64,000 nt of DNA, taken from contig CM060731.1 of NCBI GenBank assembly GCA_030704615.1, positions 89,590,001 through 89,654,000 of the forward strand, in the 5' to 3' direction. The first letter of the stretch is position 1, and each line of letters opens with the position of its first letter. The position numbers and the translations under genes were made by a program. Positions 10,537-22,844 of this stretch are shown here, piece after piece. This DNA is from Takakia lepidozioides (Eukaryota > Plantae > Bryophyta). A model generated the notes under the pieces. It had not been told where the DNA came from, made no database searches, and worked only from the letters and a program-made list of their open reading frames with translations.

Positions 10537-13500
10537 CTATCCAATGCAATGCGGACATAACCAATCCCCATCAGGAACCATCTCAAGAGGTGGAGTCAAG
10601 CATCCCATATGCCAACCTCTAGAGCATTGATCACACACCAGCATGGTGGTTGCCCTTCTAGCAGACCCACACAACATGCACCTCAAACATGCAGGTACCA
10701 CTGCCAGGTTTGGGTCAACCCTTCCATCAACATTTGGAAGGTGACATGGCGCGCAATTACGCACATGGTCCTTCCAAATCATGCCATCTCGACCCTCCAA
10801 GATCAGGACTCCTGAGGGCAACACCTCTCGAACCCTCAAAATAGTACGTCCTGCAGTCACATCCAAGGTCGTAGGAGCAGTTTGTTGCAGATAAACATAG
10901 TCACCAAGGTTAAATCTCCGAACCCCAGGACGATAGCCCCCACCACGTATGGTAGCATACCTCAACGTATCACGATGTTGTGCAATGACAAGGTTCTCGA
11001 AAGCCATGGGCATGACTTTCTTGAACAACTCTGCACGCTGATCACATGTACGTGCCCACATGTCCGGATCGTCAAGGTTGAGAACTGTAGTAGCTTCTCT
11101 ACGAATGGATGCAGACAAATCCGGCTCTCGGCCAAAGAGAAGAAAATATGGTGAGAAGGAGGCAAGTGATGCTTGCTTGCTAAACTTGTAGCCCATGGCT
11201 AACCAAGGTAACTGAAGGTCCCAATCTCCTAGGTGTCCCTTCTGCAAGCCATATTTGCGCAAACCCCTCTTCACTGTCTGAACAACCTTCTCTGCCAAGC
11301 CATCGGCCTCAGGATGATCCCGAGAAGTGGTGCGGTGGTCTACCAAGGCCTTGTCACACAATGCCTGAAACTCCCCCAAGAACTCTCTCCCTTGGTCCGT
11401 GAGTACCTCAGCTGGAGCACCGAATCGGCTAAGTACACAATCCAAGAATGTATACGCAGCTCCCTCACTAGCCTTATCACGCAATGGAACCAACTCGATC
11501 CACTTGGAGAAGTGCTCCACCATCACCAACACGTATTTGTTGTGGCGCATGGTCAGTGGCAACGGCCCTGCGAAGTCAAGACTCCACCTGTAGCCCAATC
11601 CCATGATCGGAAGAGGGTGCAATTGTGGAGTAGGGGCGTTGAATGAAGCATGCACCCTGTCACACACCATGCACCTAGCCACAAATTGTTGCACCTCTGT
11701 GTGCATACCAGGCCACCAATACTGCCCATGCAGTAGACTATGAGTGCGTCGCACCCCAAAATGCCCCAACTCCTCATGGGCATGCCGCACTAACCGTGCC
11801 CGCTGTGTTGGGTGAGGCACAATCCTCACTCGATCAACCTCCCACACTCGGAGCAGGTGTGTCCCCTCCCACTTGAACCTCTTGGCTCGTTGTAGGATCC
11901 GATCCATCTCCTTGGCAGTCACAGTGGCTGCCGTGTCTCCAGTGCGGAGGTAGTCCAACACAGCTGAATCCTCATGTATATCTTTGGCGCCACCTTGCTC
12001 ATTGCTGGCCTCAGGGTCCTCAGACACTCGGTCTACAGTCATCCCTGTTGTAGGTCCAACCTGGCCTTCCGCTGCCAAGATACACAGAAATGCAGATGCA
12101 TGCCATCCGGGCACCATCTCCTCGTCCGTCTCACCATGCCACCGAGCTCCAGTATCATTCTGCTGGCTCGTGCATGGATTGCGACTCAACCCATCTGCAT
12201 TCCGATTGACCAAACCCGGTCGATGCACAACCTGAAAGTCATACTCTTGAATGATGAGTGCCCACCATGCAAGCTTCCCCGTAAGCTTGTCTAACTCCAT
12301 CAACCACTTGAGTGGTTGGTGATCCGTTATAAGGGTGAAGAGATTGCCGTATAGAAAGCACCTAAAGTGTGCCACGGCCCACACTACAGCTAAGCATTCT
12401 CCCTCATATGAGCTATACTTAGACTCTGCAGCGTTGTTCAAGCGGCTAGCATAAGCCACTACGAACTCTCTTCCCTCATCATCCACCTGTGTGAGCACCG
12501 CTCCAAGCCCCAGCATGCTCCAATCTGTATGCAGCTGAAAAGGACGCCCCCTGATAGGTCGTCTCAAGATGGGTGCCGAGGTCAACCTCGCCTTGAGCTC
12601 TTGAAAAGCTTGTTCTTGCTCATCTTCCCACTGCCACTCCTGGTCCACCTTGGTCAGTTTGGTTAGAGCTTTTGCAATGGCACTAAATCCCTTAACAAAC
12701 CATCTATAATAGTTTGCTAACCCCATGAAAGCTCGAACTCGGCTCACATCCGTGGGGCGTGGAATCTGTGCAATGGACTCTACCTTAGTCTGCTGTACCC
12801 CCAATCCTCCAGGATATATCATGTGACCCAGATACTCAATTTGGTTGTAGAAAACTTGCACTTCCTCGGATGTAACTTCAATCCGTGCGCCCTCAAGCGC
12901 TCAAATATCACCTGAAGGTGTCTCTCATGCTCCTCCACCGTAGCACTAAAGATAATGATGTCATTTATGTAGCACTGAGCAAACTCCACCCCTGCTAGAA
13001 TCTTGTCCATGACTCTCAGAAACTCTGCTGGAGCGTTCTTAAGCCCAAATGGTAAGAACCGCCACTGGTATAGGCAATCCTTCCTGTGCTCATTGATCCC
13101 CCAGAATGTCGTCTTCTGCTTATCCGCCTCCTTGATCGGCAACTGGTGATATCCGGATCGTAAATCCAAAGTGCTAAAGACCTTGGCATGCCCAATGACA
13201 TCAAAGATCTCTTCTGGTGTCGGCATGACATACCTATCGGACTTGGTCTGACGATTTCCAGGCCGGTAATTACCGCATATACGTCTCTCCGTCCAATTGC
13301 CATAGACATCATTCTTGGCTGGCATCACTGTGGCTGAAGCATACTCTCCCCCAGATAGCTCCACCAAACCAGCCTCCCAAAGGTCCTGAGTTCTCATCTG
13401 AATCAAGGACCTCTCCATGTCACTGTATCTATAGGGTCTCCGAAAGATTGGCGTGTCAGTAGCCAATTCAATGCGAATCTCTTGACCCTTCAGTGCTCCT

Positions 13501-13544
13501 AAGTCCTTCAAATTGAAGGCAAAGCAGTTCCTGTAAGCCCTCAA
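10537..13544 (-). pseudogene. Gypsy RT - RNase H - integrase - PHD finger
   Basis: RT: FSTLDLRSGYHQL, PFGLKNAP, YINDI (YIDD mutated). RH: HTDWS, TDHQPL. INT: HEELGH..CMVC, SLDFAG, LTDQG, GLAEK. C-terminal C4HC3 PHD CMLC..CDQC..H..C..WLCPHC. One frameshift at ~12850. Confidence 0.95.
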
Positions 13545-13984
13545 GAACCGCCGTATACGTCGTCTTTCTCCTCCGGTGACTATAGGTCCAACATTAGGCT
13601 CCCAGTTGTCCTCCGTGACTGCAACCTTGAGTCCAGCAGGCTTAGAGGTAGAAGACGCGTCCCGTGGTTGCTATGCTGCAACCTCTTGAGCAGTGACCAC
13701 TGCCTTCTCTGTCAGTGACAATGTCTCATCCTACCCCATCATCCCATCCTTGAGGACCTCCTCAACCCGAGAAAAATCCCCAACCTCATCCATCACGGCC
13801 GCCTTGGCTGCCAACTCATTTTGAACCTCGAGCACCTCCCACGTGTGCCATAGATATGGCCTGCACCTTGTGGTCCTCATCTGTTCGCCCCCACTCGCTG
13901 CCTGTACCGTCTCGGTAGGTAGGGAGACCATCAAGGGAAGTGTACTCTGTACTCTGCGCTGCTCAGCCATAGCCAAGCTGATAA

Positions 13985-14920
13985 TCCAGGTCAAGCAATT
14001 GAGATCCATTGCTTGCCCCAACACCTGACGACGTGATGCCTCAGAAAGAGATGGCACCGCCATGGTACCAGTGGTGAAACCCATTGCCCGTTCGCGCTCG
14101 TCAGCATTGGGCTCCACTGACTGCTCCAACTGGCTATCCCACAAGAGGCCAGGTCCACCATCCCGGAAAGCATGAGATCCTGGAAAGCTGAGCAGTGTAG
14201 GCAATGCTGCTCGTGGGTGACCCACCTTATTGACCACTGCCAAAGGTGATCGGTCATCGTGTCTCACACGCTAAGACTGCCTCCCTATGTCCAAAATGCT
14301 ATCCACCGTCAAGTGGCCGCTGCACCCCATCAAATGCACGCTTGAGCAATGCAGGTGGCATCAAGTTGGTCCACCATAGTCGTGGGCGATGAGCCCGTGA
14401 CCCCACTGCAACTGCATCCAGCAACACTGTTGACCCAAGCCAAGACCGCACTTGATGTACACTGGCCATCACCTTGGCCCGAGAATCACCCATCAATGGC
14501 ACATTCTCCAAGATATATGCCGGAGAGTCTGTCTGCTGAAGCTGTAAATAGCGCAGGACCCTCAACATCTCCCAAAACAGGCGTGACTTTGAGTCTTGTA
14601 ACCCATTGCCATACCCAGCTGATGAAAGCCCTTGGCAGGGCCAACCTGCCACTACTAAGTGAATAGGGCCAACCCGCTCCAAATCATGCGCCCCCAGCAA
14701 GGAGATGTCTGCTGGCAAGGCTTGTTGGTATCCACAAACTGCAGACACTGGCAACAAATCAGGGTACTGCTGCACCAACTGAGCAACATGGCGTAGTGAG
14801 ATACGTCGTGCAGTCTCATCCCTCTCCACATATAGGTAAAGTCGAACTCGTACACCTGCCTACAGCACTGCAGCCAATCCAGTGTTAATCCCGCCAAACA
14901 AGTCTAGAAGGCATATGCCT
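13985..14920 (-). pseudogene. C5 cytosine DNA methyltransferase domain within the Gypsy polyprotein
   Basis: Motif I LLDLFGGINTG, motif IV VAGWPCQGLS (catalytic PC), motif VI ILENV, motif VIII HRPRLWWTN, and motifs IX/X ERERAMGF...VLGQAMD, all in canonical order. Two TAG stops and one frameshift. Confidence 0.93.
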
Positions 14921-15200
14921 TCATCCGGGCACTACCACAAAAGAGGTGTGATGTCCAATGGCGACAACTGAGGTGGTCGTGGTGCAATCACCGCACTCTC
15001 CTCCTCTCCTGACGGTACAAAGGCCTCTACCTAGGTTGTTGCACCCGTCTATCAGCAGCCTGCTGCAAATCCTTGCTCGTACCCCACAATGGAGTGTGAG
15101 CAACCATGGCAGACAACTGCGCCGTACCATGCATGTCATCCTGCTCTGCTGGAGGTGGCACATCCTCTGCATGGGCATTGCCATCCAGCAACTCTCCAAG

Positions 15201-17903
15201 TTAACTAACTGCAGCTGTGAAGGCTGCTAGTGTTGGCATCTTGCTCCGTTGGGCAGCAGCAACACCCCCAATGAATGTCACAAGAAGTTGTACACGCCGA
15301 CCATCCCCTGACTGCCATCCAGGCCTGTAGGATGCCGACTCCTCCCAAAAATCCAGGGTGAAGCCCATGGGATACAACACTGCCCCACCAACGAGGACAT
15401 CGTAAGAGACCGCTTCTGCCACAATGGCCTTGGCTCGCATCACTGAGCCATCTATAGGATGATCCGGCTGTAGTCTAATGGCCAACTCACGCCGTGTCAT
15501 GCCCCGAGCCTGCTCTGATCCTCCCAGAGATGTCTGTATCTGTAAGGGACAAGGCTCCATATCCGCCTCCATGAGGCCCAAACCTGCAATAGCGGCTTTG
15601 CCCAACATCAGTGGCTGAGCTCCCAAGTCCAACAAGACCCGCAGTGGCCGGTACCTCTTGCCTGCCGCTCCACTCAAAGAGAAAATGCCATCCTGGTTGT
15701 CTAACAAGACAACTCGAGGTGTCACCATGGCGCGCTCAAAGGCTGGCCTAGCTGGCAGCTCCGTCAACCTGGCAGCTGCAGCTTGCCATGGCGCAGTCGT
15801 GGCAGTCTTGACCCTCAAATCCGAGGATCTCTCTGCCACTACACCTTCCACTAACTCCGCAGAAGATGAAGTGACCTCCCCACTCTCACAGAGTGTTGCT
15901 GCTAGTCTGAACACTACAGCTGGTCTTACCCCCGGCGTCGCAATCATGGTTGCCGAGAACAGTGGGGCCTGACACACAGAGGTGGCCGCCCCCAACAACA
16001 CACTGGCTGCACTAGCCTTGGCAGCAGGTGTCAGTGCTGCACGTGTAGCTCTTCCCAATGGCACAATAACCTTCGCCTCGGTATCCGTGGGGCGAGAATT
16101 AGGTGCCATGGATGTCGTCGACACTGTCTCCGCCAAGATGAATGATTGAGGCAACCTAGCCTGACGGCTTGCCTCCCCACGTTGTGAATCCAACTCCACC
16201 TCTGCACCTCGTGGCTCAGGAACTCGTGCTGCTCCTCGAGTGATGGCTGCAGCAGACTCCACCTGCACTAGTGGTAGTGCTGCCCCACACATAAATCCCA
16301 TGTCTCCTCCGTCAGGATGACGCTGCTGAGGAGGAACAGGAGGTGGACCCTCAGGTCTTGGAGCAGGTACCACCTGAGCTGTGGCCATGGCAGCGAGCCT
16401 TTGCTCTAGCTGCTGAAGCCGGTTGGCCATACCTTGGTCAACGCCCTGACCTCCACGTCCTTGGCCATACTGTGCTGCACCTCGTCCTGCACCTCGTGCC
16501 TGAGCACCTCGTCCTCTTTGAGGTGCTCCACCTCGCCCTCGGCCACCATTGTTCCCTTGGAACTGGCCTCGCCGCAACTCAGGGTGCAAGTCATAACACC
16601 GGGCATCTCCATGCCCATACTTGCCACAATGCCCACACTATAACTGTGCAGGCTGTGCTTGTGCCGGCCCTTTGCCACTTTCTGGGCAATCTTTCTTGAC
16701 ATGAGGTCCTCCACATGTCCAACATACCACCCCTGGTTGCTGTTGGCCTGCAAAAGAAGATACTGGCCTCTACACCTGAGGTCCCATGTAAGCTCCATGG
16801 AATTTGGGTTGGGCAACCTTGCCCCCCTGACCACGCTATTGGGCAGTCCCTTGTACCTGTTGGCTGGCAGCTGCGCCTCGTGCAGACATGTCCTTGCCAA
16901 ATCCAATGGTAACAACTCACTCCTCCACCATGTTGAGCTCAATCCGCTCAGCCAGCAGAAACACATCCGCTAATGTGGGTTGGGCCGCTTGTAACAGGGT
17001 TGCATCCCGCACCCTTCTCCTGAGCTCCTTGTCCAAAATTCCATACTAGAACTGGACTGCCTGAGCTTCAGTAACCCTTTGGGTCACACTTATCAAGCGC
17101 CTCATACGAGTGTAGGCCTCTCGCAAGCTATCACTGGATTTGCGCTGGAAGTCTTGCAAACTTCGCAGCTTCTCTGTCCGTACACCTTGGTAGTTCCTCC
17201 GCAACTCCTGGAAGAACTCCACCACTGGGTTGAATCTAGGCACATGTGTTGTAGTCGTGGCAGGAGGAGTAGTAGCACCTTTTGAACTGGTACCACCTGC
17301 AGAAGTACGGACACTACTTGTTCCACTACTAGTGCTTGTAGTTGGAGATGTTTGTATAGCTGCTGGTGTCACCGCTGCCCTTGTGCCTCTAGTAATTGAG
17401 ACATAGTTAGGTGACCAATACTCTCTCACTCCTCAATCTCCACCGCATGTCCCCGCCTAAATTCATGGTAATCATCCATGGGCGGCCCCTCAAGGTGCTG
17501 GAATAACCCCTTCCACGCCATAAAGGGCGTAAACAGTTGTGGATTGCGTATTTGCTGCAAATCATACCAACTGTCAAACTCTTGTATAAAGTCATCAAGC
17601 TCGATGGTGCCCACAGCTCCAGAGTACCTACGTGGCCCCTTGGTAGCTCCATACATCTCCTCCATCGTGTCCCACAACAATGGCACGGAAATGACTTGCA
17701 CCCTCGGCAAGAATCCTCCTGACTCCGAGTCTGAACCTTCCTTAGAAGACACTGAAGGTGAAAGTGGCCTAAACCGCACACCTCGTCTTGTGTACCCACT
17801 AGTATCGCTGGTGCTCGTACCGGCACTCCCCTCAGCAGCTGGTGGCACCTCCGTGATGAAAACTCACAACCCAATCGGTTGTCAACCTGTCTCTAATCCC
17901 CAT
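15201..17903 (-). pseudogene. Gypsy gag (two zinc knuckles) and aspartic protease
   Basis: Capsid-like ELDDFIQEFDSW and FQRKSSDSLREAYTRM. Knuckles CWTCGGPHVKKDC and CGHCGKYGHGDARC. Protease site VLLDLGAQ. Several stops and frameshifts; the start is uncertain. Confidence 0.85.
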
Positions 17904-19220
17904 TTTCTAACAGAGGTATAGTCTGAGCATACACTACTAGGGTTTGTAATGAAGAGCTAGAATGCAAGTCCTTGACTTCTATGCTTCTACTCAAGCAAAA
18001 ATATGGTCTCTAGGTGGTCATAAGAGGGATCTTCTTGCTCTCTTCCACCCCAATGTGCAACCAAGAGTGGTCCAACTCAACTTGCAAGTCATTGTCCACC
18101 AAATCAATCCCCCTTCTAGTCCTTGGGATTTGATTGCAAACTACCATATCTCCATTGCCGAGCAATCATGCATTTGTCTCCTCATCACTTGACAATTGCT
18201 CCAAATCAACACAAATTATCTTAATGTGTAGGAGCAATGCTTGTCACTTACAATAATGCTCCCAAGCAATCCGCCTTGGATCCCACTCTCACGCCATATG
18301 CCTCATTTGGGGTCTCGCACCAATCCATCATCCATGTGCTCCCCGTGGTCATTTGAATGCATGTTCCATGACCTCTTGGCCTATGTGTTGCTCTCCTTTA
18401 TCATAACATGAATCAACACCTCTCCACTTCACACACAAATGGATCTCAAAAGCCTTCACCTCTTCCTAGTTCAAGAGCTCCCTTTCTCAAACTTGAACTT
18501 ACAAACTTAAGCGAGCATGCTCCACACATGCACCACTTGCTTGGTCAACTATCCACCACAAAGCTCGCACTACCAAGAGCATGAATAGCCAAGTATTGCC
18601 TCCCCCTCTTACATTACATAGTTAGGGTGAAGCTATGCATACATTGAATGATGATTTCCCTTCAAGGATTTCCCACCACATGTTCTCCAAGCCCTTCCAA
18701 TGGCACCCTAAGCTTGGCTCCACACCACCATGATTGGAAGATTTCTTCACATGCTCCCTTTCAAAACCTCTTGAGCTTCTTAGTGCTCTCCAAGTGCTTG
18801 CCCTTGTTGTCTTCAAGCCCAAACATATATAGCTCATTGGCTTTTCTTCCACAACATCCACACTTTGAACTTGCTTAACCCTAGCTTGATAGTGAAATGA
18901 GCACTAACAAGCCTTTAGTCACTCTCCACAAGCCATGGCGCACACCATCGACTCCATAATGCATATAAATGATTCTCAAACCCTAGAATCCATGCTTCCA
19001 CACACATAAGACTTCCTCCTTACAATCCTTGCAAAATCTTGTGACTCAAGAGCTTTCTTCTCAAGCTCTCCAACTCTTTGGTGCATGCAATACTCGAGCA
19101 CCTTTCCTTGCAACCCCTTGCAAGCCTTGTGATACAAGAGCTAAATTCTCCTAGCTCTCAACCTCTTTAAAATACAGTGCAAAACTAATCCTTACAGTCC
19201 GCACTCACAAGCATAAGGTG

Positions 19221-19232
19221 ATCTTCTTGTAG
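19221..19232 (-). promoter_or_regulatory. Putative self-priming primer-binding site
   Basis: CTACAAGAAGAT lies immediately 3' of the 5' LTR and is perfectly complementary to ATCTTCTTGTAG inside the LTR (19461-19472). It lacks the TGG of a canonical tRNA PBS. Confidence 0.7.
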
Positions 19233-19652
19233 TGATAAGAGATGAGAAATGAGAGAAGTAGAAGACAATGAAAGCTCTCAAAGCATGAAGCAATCACTTG
19301 AAGAACAAGCCCTAGTCCTTCCAAGTGAAATCCACTCTATCACATAAACTAAGTCAAGCCAAGGGCACCTTTGCTAAAGGAATCCACCCTACAAAGCCCT
19401 CAACACACTCCCTCTCAATACCTAGAGCTATGGAGGTGAGAGAAGCTCATGGAGGCTCAACTACAAGAAGATGAGCCTCCTCAACACTCACAAGGGGAAA
19501 ACCTATCTCCATGTCTCAAGTGAGGCTCGACACCTCACTTGGCATGTGAGACCAAATGAAGTCCCAACACACAAAATATAAATATAAATATCTAAAATGT
19601 CTAGTTAACTAGAAGTAGGTAATTCTAGATAACCATGACTAAAACCATGACA
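19233..19652 (-). repeat. 5' LTR segment A (420 bp, TGTCATGG...CTTATCA)
   Basis: Near-identical reverse complement of 9498-9897 apart from a ~21-bp indel and scattered substitutions. TG...CA ends. Confidence 0.95.
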
Positions 19653-22600
19653 TCTTTCAAAGAAATTTGAGATTGTGGATATGCATGAGATCCGCTATTA
19701 TTTCGAGTTCTAGCTATCTTGTGTTTTTATTTGAACAAATGTAAATATCCTAGATTTGGAAACAATGAGCAGTGGACATGTACAAGACTAGATATCGTAT
19801 AAGCTAAAGTTGGGGTAGTAGTTCATTCAAGTGAAAAGAGACAACACCCACATCGGAAGAGGCTCCTATCTATCCTAGCTTCAGCTAACGTCATATATAT
19901 ATACTATGGTGATGACAGATCAATTGTATTATGAGATTTTAGGAGATAGGGTTTAGGATTTAAGCAAAAGTATCAATGACAAAAAAATATGCAAGAGTAT
20001 TTATGACCTTGTCAGTGTTTGCAACGACACCCATTTTCGGAGCTTTTCGGACGTTCATGACCACCCAAATTCAAATTGAGAGATTTTGAGGGTCTAAAAG
20101 ATCTAAGTGCGTCCTACGACAGCTGGTGGATGAAGTTTCTACCTACCAATTGAAAATGGATAATATCTTTCGTCATCCGTGAATAATTGGATATTCCATC
20201 CATCAATGTTTTATTGTTTTTCTATATAAAAACTTTCAATCCAATATCCCAACCACTCTATTGTACCCCAAAGCTGACTTCTTGATGCTCGAGCTAATTG
20301 TACCATTTGTCAGCAAGAAATATATTCAGATATTGTGACTATCATGGTGACTCATCAATATTTTTAGTCCAATATACATCATGATAGCCACTGACATTTG
20401 TGATGTTCTGAGCAATGTTATAGACTCTATGCACCATAGCTTGGTCCAAATGACCATTATCAATACTCCATCCAAAACATAGACCAAAGTCAATTGTTGC
20501 AGATCAGCAGCCGCCTAGATCCATGATTCGGAAGAATCCTATGGACTAGTACACAATTGGATTTAGTTGTTAACCATGTCCCTACAACAAAGGAGTGGGA
20601 TATCCATCAGAAACCATATGTTAGCTCCAAACATCTCCCCCCTTAAGGACCATCAACCAAGCTCCGCTCCATATGACACCAACTTCTTGGTGCAAGTCAG
20701 AAGTATTATTGCCTGTTTTGCAAATCTACGCCATTACCTCATCCAGTCTGTTCATCAAGTCATCCGACAATTCCATGGTTGTCTGGGCCATGTTTAATTG
20801 CCTTGGATTGGGGCTCTCTTTCAAAATGCTTTGTCTCATTGCAATTGAGACATATGCTCTTTGGCATTGCTTGCTGAGACCCATCGTGTCTCCACACTTA
20901 TGATTTTCTTTTCGAGCCTCCACAGTTCTGTTCCAGGTGGGAAGTTGCCTTTAGCTTCCAATCTACATTTTTGTCACATGGCTTATCCTACTTATCCTAC
21001 TTCTCTACCGGATAGAAAGAATCACGCTCCTCTTGTGGTTCCTCTTGTGGTTCGATTCCGAACGGTTGGGCAAGACGGACAAAAGGTACAAAGACAAAAT
21101 CTGGACCGTCTATAATGTCAGAAGTTTTAGATCTAGAATTGGGCCAGTGTGATATATGTATAAAAGGGAAACTGGTACCCCAAGCGACCGCTCACAAACC
21201 AGGCCCCTAAGTTATAAATAAATAAATACACTAACACCAGTAGTAATGATAATATATGACACCTCCCCCAGGTGCATCAAGCCTGCGGTTTCATAATTTT
21301 TGGACGACAGATTGAATTTCAAGTATTTTTGTCACTGGAAATTCATGAAAAGACCCGAGTCTTTTGTAGTAACTTAGTTGCGCTCAATGCACACTGAGCC
21401 ACAGTAGTATGTATTTATGGTTCCAAGTAGGTGTTTTCCACGGAACAGTCAAAATATATCCACTTGGAGGAACCAGAGGAGTCAGAAGAGGCCGATCCAA
21501 AGGGAAGCAGCCTGCAGAGAAGCACTGAGGTCCATGACTGTACTATATGACAGTTGCTGTATGTGAGGGAGCCTGCCTACCATCTCTTCAGTGAGGAATC
21601 TTGACTCTCTGGGGATACCACTCCTGGCTACTCTATTCACTCCATGTCAACTGCAGGTAGAAAAAGATACAAGCCACCTGGATAAATAAGTCCACCATAG
21701 CTCTCACCTGGGTTGTATGGAGCATACAAGAGAGGAGAGGGAACGGGCTTGGGAAGAGCACGACATCGCCAAAGCCTTGTGGTTGTAGTATAGAAACCAA
21801 CTCTGAGATTACCGAAAGCCCCCTAGTGATGGAATGGAGAGTGTATTAGGAAGATGTGTATGTGGAGCTGCCTACATGGGCATTGTAGTGCCAGAGGTGC
21901 TACTGATCCTTTCCAATCTGTCTTGCACTCACAGAAAGCATTGGATGGAAGGGGCATGCATTAACCTTCCTAACATAGGTGTAGTGTTAGCCTTTCCATC
22001 TATTGACATGGAGAGAAGAATCTTTAGTGTGCCGGTTGTCTAAGACAGTTGTTTTAAGGAATACTGTTCACCGCAGGCCATTTTGCTGTGCGAAGTCATT
22101 CAACAAAATAAAAAAAGGAAAGGTGTTGCTATAGTTGCACGGGAGGGAGACAAAAGGGCAGGAACAAAGTTATCCATCTGTGTAACAGCTACAGAGGGTT
22201 GATGACCAGTTGATCGATGGTAGTCCAAACTTGCAAGTAGGAGAAGTCTCAAATGAAATGCTAGCATAGATATATCACTCACTAGATATCCCTGGCATAG
22301 TTTTTCGAGGCAGTTTAGGATTCCCAGTTTGCTAGGTTCTCAATTTCATATATGATCTTTCTAAGCATTATCCCTAATGCACATTACACCTACTCATGCA
22401 AGAGCTGAAGGCGACAAAGACCTATATGAGGTCATGGAGAATCATTTTTGCTGGTTTCCTGATGCCTGCAAATTTAGGTGGCATGTGCTCTTGGTAGAGT
22501 GTGTTCAAAGCCTAAACAGATGACCAAAAACTCCTTGGTTATGCTACAAAATGTCCTGGCAAGCTCTGCCTTAATTGCTTCTCTTTGGATCTGGAGCTTC

Positions 22601-22844
22601 CAAGATTATGGATAGTGCTGCTTAGGGTTTCTTACGGATTTTGGAGAGAAGGCTAAACACTCGCTGCCTGTGCCTACGAACAGGCGCCCTAGATAGAGGT
22701 GATGTATCGTACCCACACATATCTTCACCACAGCACAACTTCATATTGATGAGAATGGTTTGCTACCAGAACCTAAAGTTTCCAAAGAACCCACAAGGGA
22801 GATTTTGGGGAAAAATTGCAACATTTCCTCTCGAAGGGGCATTT

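Larger units (their letters stand above)
9167..19652 (-). mobile_element. Ty3/Gypsy LTR retrotransposon, gag-PR-DNMT-RT-RH-INT-PHD (3' end 9167-9983 flipped to + by inversion; 9984-10443 is not part of it)
   Basis: 5' repeat at 19233-19652, polyprotein ~17903-10537, PPT 9400-9409, 3' repeats 9411-9983. TSD AAGA at 9984-9987, and TCTT at 19653-19656. Confidence 0.92.

Noticed and set aside
10609-17921. Numerous + strand ORFs over the Gypsy element
   Set aside because: They are antisense shadows of the GC-rich polyprotein frame.
9498-19652. Inverted LTRs suggesting a DIRS-type element with inverted terminal repeats
   Set aside because: There is no tyrosine recombinase and a DDE integrase is present. 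The inverted orientation is explained by the 9167-10443 inversion, which also splits an unrelated CACTA.
19657-21250. Possible decayed retroelement sequence right of the 5' LTR
   Set aside because: No recognisable domain or terminal repeat could be supported.
21400-22100. Exon-like, purine-rich stretch downstream of RPS8
   Set aside because: All frames are interrupted and I recognise no protein family.
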